A stretch of 29,309 nucleotides of DNA from Afifellaceae bacterium (GCA_035465195.1 DATHRP010000379.1:1-29309); one strand, 5' to 3'; positions 8,133 through 16,933 are shown, numbered from the stretch's first letter. Made by a program: numbers and translations. The notes: generated from the letters alone by a model not told the origin.

Positions 8133-9953
8133 CTAGGCATGGCCGGAAAAAAGCGCCTCGATTTCATCGGCGTATTTCGCCGATACGGCATTCCGCTTGA
8201 TTTTGAGCGTCACGGAGAGAAGGCCGGCTTCCGTTGTCCAGGGATTGAAGCCCGCGTGAACGCGCCTGATCTGCGCGTAATCGGGGAAAGCCCGGCATAA
8301 TCCGGCGATGTGCCGGCGCAGTGCCCTCTCGCACGCCGGGCTGTTCGGATCGTCCGGGCTGAGCCCGTTCCGCGCGGCAAAGTCGACCCATGCTCCGCGG
8401 TTGAGCACGACGAGGGCCACGACGATCGGCCGTCGGTCGCCAATCACCATTACCTGTTCGAACATCGGATCGCTGACGATCCGGGTTTCCAGATCCGAAG
8501 GCGCCAACTTTTCACCCGTTGACAGCACGATGATATCGCGCAGGCGTCCGTGGATGTGGAGCCGGCCATCGCGCAATTCGCCCACGTCTCCGGTGTGCAG
8601 CCAGCCCTCGCGGTCGATCGCCTCCGCCGTCTCCTCCGGCCGTTTCCAGTACCCGGACATGACGGCCGCCGAGCGGAGCAGGATCTCGCCGTTCTCGGCG
8701 ATGCGCACGTGCACACCGGGCAGCGGCCTGCCGACGGCACCGGGCCTGTACTCGCTGAGCGGGTCGCCACTGACCGGACCGGCCGCCTCGGCCAGGCCGT
8801 AGCCCTCGATCAGCGGTAGCCCTATTGTCCGCAATGCGGCGGCGAGTTCGGCGGACAGGGGAGCTCCTCCGCACACGGCGATGCGCAACCTGCCGCCAAA
8901 TCGCTTGAGCAGCTTTCCGGTGATCAGATGTCCGATCAGCCAGCGCGCGATCCGTGTCGCAATGTCGTCCCGGCTGGCATCCGGCCCGATGAATTTCACC
9001 TTTCCGAGCAGCCACCGGCCAAGTGGATTCGAGGACGCAGAGCCCGCGACACCCGCCCACACGCGCTCGAAAATGCGGGGCACGCCCATGATGACAGTCG
9101 GTCTGATCTCGCGCATGTCCTGTGGCAGGTCAGGGATGGAGCGCGCGAACGCGACCTGCCCGCCGCAAGCCATGGCCAGATAATATTCGGTCGTTCGTTC
9201 GAAAATATGCGCCATCGGAAGAAACGATAGGAAGACGTCCTCCAGATAGCCGGGATTGCGCTCGGCTGTCGCGCTCACTGCAGCGACGAGATTGCGGTGA
9301 GACAGCATCACGCCCTTGGGCCGACCGGTCGTGCCCGAGGTATAGGTAATCGTTGCCAGCATATCGCCGCGGACGTCGGCGGCACCCACCGGAGTACCTG
9401 CATCCAGCCAGCTGTCGAGGGACACCCCTCCTTCCAGGTCCTGGATACCCGGCTCAACGCAAACCACATGTTCAAGCATCGGAAACTGATCCCGCCGGGC
9501 AAACAGTTCGCGCCAATGATCCGTCGACCCGACGAGCAGCAGACGCACCTCGGCATCGGCAAGCTGATCGGCCCAGTTGTAGGCACCATCGGTGACATGA
9601 AGCGGCACCGTGACCAGGCCGAGGCTCAAAGCAGCCACGTCAAAGCATACCCACTCCACGCTGTTTCTTAGGAGCACTACCACGCGATCCCCGGCGGTCA
9701 GGCCCGAACCGGCAAATCCGGCACGCCACCTGGCGACTTTTACCGCCATATCTCGCCAGCTGTAATTCTGCCAGCATCTTTCTGCCGGTTCGAACTGCCG
9801 ATAGGCGATCCGTTCCGGCGTCCGCCGAACCCGTTCTTCGAAAAGTGCGGGAATCGTATCGACGACGTCGATCCCGATCATGTCGCCGGCCGCCGACAAC
9901 CTGGCTGCCATGCCCGCTGATTTTGCGCTGAGCGCTTCCTGTTCCCCCGACAT
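8133..9953 (-). CDS. Long-chain fatty acid--CoA ligase (AMP-dependent synthetase, FadD/FAA1-like)
   Basis: TITYTSGTTGRPKG, FLPMAHIFER, EGYGLAE, GWLHTGDVG, IIVLSTGEK and C-terminal TLKIKR (catalytic Lys). Confidence 0.9.
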   Translation of the reverse strand: MSGEQEALSAKSAGMAARLSAAGDMIGIDVVDTIPALFEERVRRTPERIAYRQFEPAERCWQNYSWRDMAVKVARWRAGFAGSGLTAGDRVVVLLRNSVEWVCFDVAALSLGLVTVPLHVTDGAYNWADQLADAEVRLLLVGSTDHWRELFARRDQFPMLEHVVCVEPGIQDLEGGVSLDSWLDAGTPVGAADVRGDMLATITYTSGTTGRPKGVMLSHRNLVAAVSATAERNPGYLEDVFLSFLPMAHIFERTTEYYLAMACGGQVAFARSIPDLPQDMREIRPTVIMGVPRIFERVWAGVAGSASSNPLGRWLLGKVKFIGPDASRDDIATRIARWLIGHLITGKLLKRFGGRLRIAVCGGAPLSAELAAALRTIGLPLIEGYGLAEAAGPVSGDPLSEYRPGAVGRPLPGVHVRIAENGEILLRSAAVMSGYWKRPEETAEAIDREGWLHTGDVGELRDGRLHIHGRLRDIIVLSTGEKLAPSDLETRIVSDPMFEQVMVIGDRRPIVVALVVLNRGAWVDFAARNGLSPDDPNSPACERALRRHIAGLCRAFPDYAQIRRVHAGFNPWTTEAGLLSVTLKIKRNAVSAKYADEIEALFSGHA

Positions 9954-10013
9954 TCGGAATGCCCGTTATTGGCTGGTTTTTGAAATGCGAACACGGAACG
10001 CGCCGGTGTGTCC

Positions 10014-10027
10014 TTGCGCGGTGTCAA
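10014..10027. promoter_or_regulatory. FixK-type box TTGC-GCGGTG-TCAA upstream of the acyl-CoA ligase
   Basis: Fits TTG(A/C)-N6-(T/G)CAA, 60 nt upstream of ATG 9953, overlapping the hydrolase stop codon. I could not find a clear -10 at the expected distance. Confidence 0.5.
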
Positions 10028-10880
10028 TCCGCGCGCCGCCCGAGAACTGAAGAGAGAAAGCCGTCAAGCCCCTCGGTGTAGAGGTGGCCGCTGAGAAGAA
10101 AACCGCCATTGTGATCGCCGCGAAGCGTGAGGAACTGTTTCGGATCCCTTGCTTTCTCGAAGAGGGCCTCGCCCTGCTGATAGGGAATGATCTCGTCATC
10201 GAGGCTGTGTACGATCAGCACAGGGCAGGTTGCGGCGGCCAGATATTCACCAGTCGGATAGCCGATCCGGGCGAGCCACCGTGCCGGGAGCCATGGATAG
10301 AGCCGCGCGGCCATGTCCGGAACGGAGACGAAGCCGCTCTCCACGATGATGGCGGCGGGGTTGCTTCTGCTGGCCAGATAGGCCGCCACCGCACCGCCGA
10401 GCGACCGGCCGAACAGGACGATATTTTTTCCGGAACACCGCGTTCTTGCGTCAAATAGCGCCAGGTCGCTTCCGCGTCGCGATAGGTGCCCGCTTCGGAG
10501 ACCCTCCCCTCGCTTATGCCGTATCCCCTGTAATCGATGATCAAGGTCGAGAGCCCCAGATCGTGAAAGATCTTCAGGGAATCCAGACGATGAGAAATAT
10601 TGCCCGCGTTGCCATGGAAGAACAGGACCACGCCGCGGGGGCTTAGCGCCGGGATGAACCAGCCGTTCAACCTGACATTATCCTCGGTCACGATGTGAAC
10701 GTTGTCGTAGGCAAGGCCTATGGAGTCCGGCCCCGGGCCAAGGGCCCGGGAGGGATAATCCGCAAGAAACAGCAACCGATGCTGAGCGAAATACATGTAG
10801 ATGACGATGAGCGCATAGACGATTGCCACCGCGACGATAATCAGAACGGGGCTGTTCACGCGGCTTCTCTCGGCAGACAT
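10024..10880 (-). pseudogene. Alpha/beta-hydrolase (BEM46/ABHD13/YfhR-like), frameshifted at an A6 run
   Basis: The 5' half (N-terminal TM anchor, FFHGNAGN, DYRGYG) and 3' half (GRSLG, SLDDEII, GDHNGG: Ser-Asp-His triad) are in different frames. Adding one A to the run at 10424-10429 gives PEKNIVLFGRSLGG and a 285-aa protein. Confidence 0.85.
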
Positions 10881-10959
10881 CGCACCCAGTCCGGCTTCAC
10901 CTGGCGGCCCGAGCCGGCGGACACATAAACATCTTCCGGTTTGCTCTCACAGCCGACAA

Positions 10960-11373
10960 CTAGGTTGCAGCCCTGCCGATCGCTCGCGCCATGCGAACAA
11001 AATCGGCGCACAATCTGATCATGGCATCGATACACGCGTTCGCCGTGGCCCATCGGTAGCGCTCGGCATAGCGTTCTCCATCATACCAGGAATGCGCGCT
11101 CTCCTCGCCGAGAAACTTCTGTGATTGGGCATCAAAAGTGCACCAGAATTCCCGGTCGACCAGGCTGATGCAGATGCTGTCCGGGTTGATCGTGAACTTT
11201 ATGCTCGGGATCGCACGCACATCTTCGCGGATCTCTTCGGCTGCCTGTCTGACCGGCTCCAGTGCCACTTCCGCCTCTGCTGTTGTTTCGCGGACGGCTT
11301 CCATCTCTTGCAGACGCTTTTCATCGGCTTCGCGAATGGCCGCGTGCAACCGCTCCCGTATATCCCTGGTCAC
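10960..11373 (-). CDS. Hypothetical protein (N-terminal charged helical segment, C-terminal aromatic-rich alpha/beta domain)
   Basis: Fills the space between the hydrolase and the divergent CitE gene, with protein-like composition. GTG at 11373 follows GGGAAAC; the alternative start is ATG 11406. No family recognised. Confidence 0.65.
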   Translation of the reverse strand: MTRDIRERLHAAIREADEKRLQEMEAVRETTAEAEVALEPVRQAAEEIREDVRAIPSIKFTINPDSICISLVDREFWCTFDAQSQKFLGEESAHSWYDGERYAERYRWATANACIDAMIRLCADFVRMARAIGRAAT

Positions 11374-11468
11374 AATTCTGTTTCCCAAAAATCGCGCCGC
11401 GGCCATGCTTGAGCCGCGCCAATATCACAGGACGTGACAAACCCTGATCCCGGGCTTGCATTCCTGCC

Positions 11469-11482
11469 TTGACGCGGGTCAA
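11469..11482. promoter_or_regulatory. FNR/FixK-type box TTGAC-GCGG-GTCAA
   Basis: Fully symmetric arms. Minus-strand CAGGGT (11446-11441, with the conserved A and T) sits at the -41.5 geometry, pointing to the hypothetical gene. Confidence 0.62.
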
Positions 11483-11549
11483 TAAGGCCGAAACCCTGTT
11501 TGCGTCGCGCGGGCGCAACGAGCCGAACAAGCACGAAAGAAATCTGGAC

Positions 11550-12419
11550 ATGTCCGTCAGACCCCTTCGCAGTGTCCTCTATATGCCGGCCACCAATCAG
11601 AGAGCGCTGGAGAAGGCGAAGACGCTTCCGGTCGATGCGGTCGTCTTCGATCTAGAGGATGCCATCGCGCCGGACGTCAAGACGGCTGCCCGGGACAAGG
11701 CCTGTGAAGCCGTGCGCGCCGGCGGCTATGGGAGCCGGCAGGTCGTCATCCGGATCAACGACTTTTCCACGCCGTGGGGCGAGGACGACCTCGATGCGGC
11801 GCTTGCCGCCGGTCCGGACGCCGTTCTGGTTCCCAAGATCAACCGCAGGGAGGACGTCGTCGTGCTCTCGCAGTCGATTGCCTCATCCGAAAGCGCCGAT
11901 ACGCGGCTCTGGATCATGGTCGAAACGCCGATGGCGATCCTGAATATCGACCAGATCGCCGCGGCATCGCAGTCGGACGCCGCCAGGCTCGCCTGCTTCT
12001 GCATGGGCACGAACGATCTGGAGAAGGAGACGCGCGCAAGGCTCAATCCGGGCCGGGCCTCGATGCAGACCTGGCTGTCGCAGAGCGTCTGCGCCGCGCG
12101 TGCTTACGGGATATCCATCCTCGACGGCGTCTACAACGATTTCAACGACGCGGACGGCTTTCGCGCGGAGTGCGAACAGGGCCTGGAACTCGGTATGGAC
12201 GGAAAGACCCTGATCCATCCGGCGCAGATCGGAATCTGCAACGAGGTGTTCTCGCCCTCCGACGAAGAGGTCGCGTGGGCGCGGCGCATCGTCGCCAAGT
12301 TCGACAGTCCGGAAAACGCCAACGTGAACGTCATGTCGATCGACGGCCGTATGGTGGAACGCCTGCACGCCGATTTTGCGCGGCGGACAATCGCCATCGC
12401 AGATGCGGTCGGCAAATAG
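11550..12419 (+). CDS. CitE/HpcH-HpaI family CoA-ester lyase/thioesterase, Mcl2 ((3S)-malyl-CoA thioesterase)-like
   Basis: RSVLYMP, FDLEDA, VRIN, MVETP, MGTNDL, DGVYN and DGKTLIHPAQ. Start moved to ATG 11550 because the track start at 11469 is the TTG of the FNR box. Confidence 0.85.
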   Translation: MSVRPLRSVLYMPATNQRALEKAKTLPVDAVVFDLEDAIAPDVKTAARDKACEAVRAGGYGSRQVVIRINDFSTPWGEDDLDAALAAGPDAVLVPKINRREDVVVLSQSIASSESADTRLWIMVETPMAILNIDQIAAASQSDAARLACFCMGTNDLEKETRARLNPGRASMQTWLSQSVCAARAYGISILDGVYNDFNDADGFRAECEQGLELGMDGKTLIHPAQIGICNEVFSPSDEEVAWARRIVAKFDSPENANVNVMSIDGRMVERLHADFARRTIAIADAVGK

Positions 12420-12446
12420 CCGACCGCCGGTCGATCACGGACTGGA

Positions 12447-15260
12447 CTATTCGGCAGCGTCCGCCATGGGCAGCGGTCTCACGCTGGCCGCGCAGAACTT
12501 GAACTCTGGGATCTTGCCGAACGGATCGAGCTGCGGGTTGGTCAGCCTGTTTGCCGGGCTCTCGGCGAAACAGAACGGCATGAAGACCATGCCGTCCGCC
12601 ACTTCCCGGTCGGCGCGAAGCACGGCCTGCACGGTGCCGCGCCGGGTCTCCACCTCGATCATCTGCCCTGCGGTCAGGCCCATGCGCTCGATCTCGCGCG
12701 GGTTCATCGCCGCGATGCCCTCCGGCTCAATCGCATCGAGCACATCCGCGCGCCGCGTCATGGCCCCGGTGTGCCAGTGCTCGAGCAGCCGGCCCGTCGT
12801 CAGGATCATCGGATACTCCTCGTCAGGCAATTCGTCCGGCGGCAGCAGGTCGGCCGGGACGATCTTACCGCGGCCGTCCGGTGTCGGGAAGCCGCGAGCG
12901 AAGAGAATCTCGTTGCCGGGTTTGTCCGGCGCGTCGGCCGGATAGGTCACGGCATCCTCGCCGACGAGCCGCTCCCAGCTGATGTTGTTCAGCGACGGCA
13001 TGGTCGAGGCCATTTCCGTATAGACATCCGAAATGTCGGAATAATTCCAGTCCAGACCGATGCGTCCGGCAAGATCGGCGATCAGCTCCCAGTCCTGCCG
13101 CGCCTCGCCGGGCATGTCCAGCACGGGCCTGCCGACCTGCACCTGCCGGTTCGTGTTGGTATAGGTGCCGGTCTTCTCCGCGTGCGCCGAAGCCGGCAGC
13201 ACGACATCGGCATGCCAGGCGGTTTCGGTCAGGAAAATGTCCTGCACGACGAGATGCTCGAGCTCCGCGAGCGCGGCACGGGCATGGTTCTGGTCGGGGT
13301 CCGACATCGCCGGGTTCTCGCCCATGATGTACATGCCCTTGATCTGGCCAGCATGGATGGCGTCGATGATCTCCACCACCGTCAGCCCGCGCACCGGGCT
13401 CAACGTCCGGCCCCAGAGATCCTCGAATTCGCCGCGCACATCGGCGTTCTCGACCGAGCGGTAGTCCGGGAAGACCATCGGGATCAGCCCGGCGTCGGAT
13501 GCCCCCTGCACGTTATTCTGGCCGCGCAACGGATGCAGGCCGGTGCCTTCGCGCCCGATCTGGCCGGTGATCAGCGACAGCGCGATAAGACAGCGCGAAT
13601 TGTCGGTGCCGTGCGTGTGCTGCGATATGCCCATGCCCCAGAAGATGATCGAGCGTTCCGACGTGGCATAGGTGCGCGCGACGTCGCGCAGCGTGTCGGC
13701 ATCAATGCCGCAGACATCGGACATCGCCTCCGGCGTGAAGTTCGCGACCTTGGCCTTCAGGGCCTCGAAGCCCTCGACATTGGCCTGGACATATTGCTCG
13801 TCGTAAAGCCCTTCGGCGATGATCACGTTGATCAGCGCGTTGAGCATGGCAACGTCGGTGCCGGGCTTGAACTGCAGCGCATGGGAGGCATGGCGCATAA
13901 GGTCCTGCCGGCGCGGGTCCATGATGATCAGCTTCTTGCCCCGTTTGGCGGCCTGCTTGAAATAGGTCGCCGCCACCGGGTGGTTGATCGTCGGCCGCGC
14001 ACCAATGACGACGATGCAGTCGGCCTTCAGCGCGTCGGTGAACGGCGCGGATACCGCGCCGGAGCCGACGCCCTCCATCAGCGCGGCCACCGAAGAGGCA
14101 TGGCAAAGCCGGGTACAGTGATCGACATTGTTGGTCTGGAAGCCCTGGCGGATCAGCTTCTGGAACAGATAGGCCTCCTCGTTGGAGCCCTTCGCCGAGC
14201 CGAACCCGGCAATTGCGTCGCCGCCGTCGCGATCCCGGATCGTCCGCAGCCCCGAAGCCGCGCGCTCCATGGCCTCATCCCAGGTCGCTTCCCGGAAAAT
14301 CGTCATCGGATCGACGCCACGAAGGTCCATGTCGCCGGCCTTGGGCGCATCGTCGCGGCGGATGAGCGGCCTGGTTAGCCGCTCTGGGCTCATCGCGTAA
14401 TCGTAGCCGAACCGGCCCTTGACGCAGAGCCGGTTCTCATTGGCCGGCCCGTTGCGCCCGTCGACCTGGACGATCCGGTTGTCCTTGACATAGACCGTCG
14501 TCTGGCAGCCGACGCCGCAGAACGGACAGACACTGTCGACGACCTTGTCGAACTCCTGGATCGCCCGCTTGCGGCCCGACTCGTCCATCAGGCTCTTCTC
14601 GTAGAGCGCGCCGGTCGGACAGGCCTGGACACACTCGCCGCAGGTGACGCAGGTGGAATGCCCCATCGGATCGTGGATGTCGAAAACGGGTATCGAATGC
14701 GAGCCGCGGTCTGCCATGCCCAGCACGTCGTTGACCTGCACCTCTCGGCAGGCGCGCACGCAGGCATTGCAGGCAATGCAGGCGTCGAGATTGACGGCGA
14801 TCGCCGGGTTGCTGACATCGTGGATACCCGGGCGCGAGCCATTGCCCGCGTCTTCGGCGCCATCGAATTTCGACGGCAGCCTGTCGCTGCCGCTGATACC
14901 CATGGAACCCGCCCAGGCCCAGAAATCCGACTGGTTGTCGGGGCTCTCGGCCTGCGCCGGCATGTCGGCGGCCAGCAGTTCGAACACCATGCGGCGGGCT
15001 GCATCGGCGCGTTCCGTATCGATGCTGACCTTCATGCCCTCGCTAGGCTTGCGCACGCAGGACGCGGCGAGGGTCCGCTCACCGTCGATTTCCACCATGC
15101 AGGCGCGGCAATTGCCGTCCGGCCGGTAGCCGGGCTTGTCGAGGTGGCAGAGATGCGGAATGCGGGTGCCTTCGCGCTTGGCGACTTCCCAGATCGTCTC
15201 GCCCTCGGCGGCGCTGACGGTCTTGCCGTCAAGGATGAAATTGATTGTCTTCGACATCAC
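12447..15260 (-). CDS. fdhF: Formate dehydrogenase alpha subunit (Mo/W-bis-PGD, Cys ligand), FDH1/FdwA type
   Basis: N-terminal [2Fe-2S] (CH...NCRAC...SC), two ferredoxin motifs (CIACNACVRAC, CVTCGECVQACP), CPFCGVGC...LCVKG, active-site DHCTRLCHASS, LRGQNNVQG. Start is GTG 15260 or ATG 15257 (better SD spacing), overlapping the beta stop. Confidence 0.93.
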   Translation of the reverse strand: MMSKTINFILDGKTVSAAEGETIWEVAKREGTRIPHLCHLDKPGYRPDGNCRACMVEIDGERTLAASCVRKPSEGMKVSIDTERADAARRMVFELLAADMPAQAESPDNQSDFWAWAGSMGISGSDRLPSKFDGAEDAGNGSRPGIHDVSNPAIAVNLDACIACNACVRACREVQVNDVLGMADRGSHSIPVFDIHDPMGHSTCVTCGECVQACPTGALYEKSLMDESGRKRAIQEFDKVVDSVCPFCGVGCQTTVYVKDNRIVQVDGRNGPANENRLCVKGRFGYDYAMSPERLTRPLIRRDDAPKAGDMDLRGVDPMTIFREATWDEAMERAASGLRTIRDRDGGDAIAGFGSAKGSNEEAYLFQKLIRQGFQTNNVDHCTRLCHASSVAALMEGVGSGAVSAPFTDALKADCIVVIGARPTINHPVAATYFKQAAKRGKKLIIMDPRRQDLMRHASHALQFKPGTDVAMLNALINVIIAEGLYDEQYVQANVEGFEALKAKVANFTPEAMSDVCGIDADTLRDVARTYATSERSIIFWGMGISQHTHGTDNSRCLIALSLITGQIGREGTGLHPLRGQNNVQGASDAGLIPMVFPDYRSVENADVRGEFEDLWGRTLSPVRGLTVVEIIDAIHAGQIKGMYIMGENPAMSDPDQNHARAALAELEHLVVQDIFLTETAWHADVVLPASAHAEKTGTYTNTNRQVQVGRPVLDMPGEARQDWELIADLAGRIGLDWNYSDISDVYTEMASTMPSLNNISWERLVGEDAVTYPADAPDKPGNEILFARGFPTPDGRGKIVPADLLPPDELPDEEYPMILTTGRLLEHWHTGAMTRRADVLDAIEPEGIAAMNPREIERMGLTAGQMIEVETRRGTVQAVLRADREVADGMVFMPFCFAESPANRLTNPQLDPFGKIPEFKFCAASVRPLPMADAAE

Positions 15261-16933
15261 AGATCCTCCCGAAAATGGACCAGGAGATGATTGACCGGGT
15301 TGGGCGCGGCCTGCCCCAGGCCACAGATCGATGCGTCGCGCATGACCGCTTCAAGATCGCGCAGCGCCTCTTCGTCGAGCGCTCCGCCCTTCTGCAGCAG
15401 CGCCACCATCTTCTCCGTACCGCCGCGGCACGGCGTGCACTGGCCGCAGCTTTCGTGCTTGAAGAACTTCAGGAGATTGAGCGTGGCGTCCTTCACGCTG
15501 TCCTTGTCGGAAAGCACGACGACGGCATGCGATCCGACGAACGAATTCAGTTCCGCGAGCTTGCCGCCGAAATCGAGCGGCACGTCGTCCATCGACGCCG
15601 GCAGGATACCGCCGGACGCGCCGCCCGGCAGATAGGCCTTGAAGGTGTGGCCCTCGGCCATGCCGCCGCAATGATCGTCGATCAGTTCGCGGATCGTCAC
15701 ACCGGCCGGCGCGATCTTCACGCCGGGGTCCTTCACGCGGCCGGAAACCGACCATGAGCGCATGCCCGGATGGCCGTCCTTGCCCTGGGCCGCGAACCAG
15801 TCCGGCCCCTTTTCCATGATGTCGCGGATCCAGTAGAGCGTCTCGACATTGTGGTTCAGCGTCGGCCGGCCGAACACGCCGACCTCGGCAATATAGGGCG
15901 GCCGGTGCCGCGGCAGGCCGCGCTTGCCCTCGATCGATTCGATCATCGCGCTTTCCTCGCCGCAGATATAAGCGCCGGCGCCGCGTCGCAGTTCGATGAA
16001 ACCCTTTTCGCATAGTCCGGCCGCCTCGAGCGCGGCGATCTCGTCGGCGAGAATCCGCAGCACCTCCGGATATTCGTCACGCATGTAGAAATAGATGCGG
16101 TCCGCTTCCACGGCGTGGGCTGCGATCATCGCGCCCTCGAGCGCCCGGTGCGGATCGCGCTCCAGATAATAACGGTCCTTGAACGTGCCGGGCTCGCCCT
16201 CATCGCCGTTCACCGTCATCAGTCGCGGGCCGGGATAGCCGCGAACGAACTTCCATTTCGTCCCGGCCGGGAACCCAGCGCCGCCGAGGCCGCGCAGGCC
16301 GGCATTGCCGAATGCCTCGATCAGCGCATCGGCGGTGATTTCGCCGGCCCGGACCCTGGCAAGCAGGGCGTATCCGCCGTCGGCCTGATAGGCGGCAAGC
16401 GTCTGATGGTCGGGCATCTGCGGCTCGAATGGCGCGCCCTTGTCGAGCCGCGCCTTGACCGCCTCGGCCGCGGCCGGCGCGATCTCCGCCTTGCCGACCC
16501 GGAGCGCCGGCGCCTTGTCGCAGGCGCCCATACACGGCGCGCGCACGACACGCACATCGCTGCCCGCCACGGAATTTTCCAATTCCGCGATGAGCGCTTC
16601 CGCCCCGGCCATCATGCAAGACAGGGAATCGCAGACACGGATCGTCACCGGCGGCGGCGGCGCCTCGCCTTCCTTGACGATATCGAAATGATCGTAGAAC
16701 GACGCGACCTCGTATACCTCGGCCTGTGCGAGCCGCATCTCCTCCGCCAGCGCGGCAAGATGGGCAGCACTCAGGCAGCCGTAGCGATCCTGTATCAGAT
16801 GCAGATGCTCGATCAGCAGATCGGACCCGCGCGGCCGTTCGCCGAGAAGGTCTCGCACCTCCTTCAGGGCACTCTCATCGATCTGCCGCCCCTTCGGTTT
16901 GGCAGAGCGTTTCCTCGAAACCTGGATATTCAT
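15257..16933 (-). CDS. Formate dehydrogenase beta subunit (fused NuoE-like [2Fe-2S] plus NuoF-like FMN/NAD/[4Fe-4S]), Fdh1B/FdwB type
   Basis: VCDSLSC...CMGAC, GLRGLGGAGFP, NGDEGEPGTFKDR, GAGAYICGEE and ESCGQCTPCR...CGLG. Translationally coupled to the alpha gene. Confidence 0.92.
   Translation of the reverse strand: MNIQVSRKRSAKPKGRQIDESALKEVRDLLGERPRGSDLLIEHLHLIQDRYGCLSAAHLAALAEEMRLAQAEVYEVASFYDHFDIVKEGEAPPPPVTIRVCDSLSCMMAGAEALIAELENSVAGSDVRVVRAPCMGACDKAPALRVGKAEIAPAAAEAVKARLDKGAPFEPQMPDHQTLAAYQADGGYALLARVRAGEITADALIEAFGNAGLRGLGGAGFPAGTKWKFVRGYPGPRLMTVNGDEGEPGTFKDRYYLERDPHRALEGAMIAAHAVEADRIYFYMRDEYPEVLRILADEIAALEAAGLCEKGFIELRRGAGAYICGEESAMIESIEGKRGLPRHRPPYIAEVGVFGRPTLNHNVETLYWIRDIMEKGPDWFAAQGKDGHPGMRSWSVSGRVKDPGVKIAPAGVTIRELIDDHCGGMAEGHTFKAYLPGGASGGILPASMDDVPLDFGGKLAELNSFVGSHAVVVLSDKDSVKDATLNLLKFFKHESCGQCTPCRGGTEKMVALLQKGGALDEEALRDLEAVMRDASICGLGQAAPNPVNHLLVHFREDL

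Noticed and set aside
1740-11482. Prophage, integrative element or anti-phage defence island
   Set aside because: No integrase, transposase, tRNA, att-like repeats, phage genes or recognisable defence domains. The content is metabolic and regulatory.
11550-12419. Mcl2-like gene as part of the FDH or demethylation pathway
   Set aside because: It is convergent with the FDH gene, has its own promoter region and shares no visible operator. A functional link through C2/C1 assimilation is possible but unsupported.
12447-15260. Selenocysteine FDH
   Set aside because: The metal-ligand position is a Cys codon (RLCH) with no in-frame UGA.
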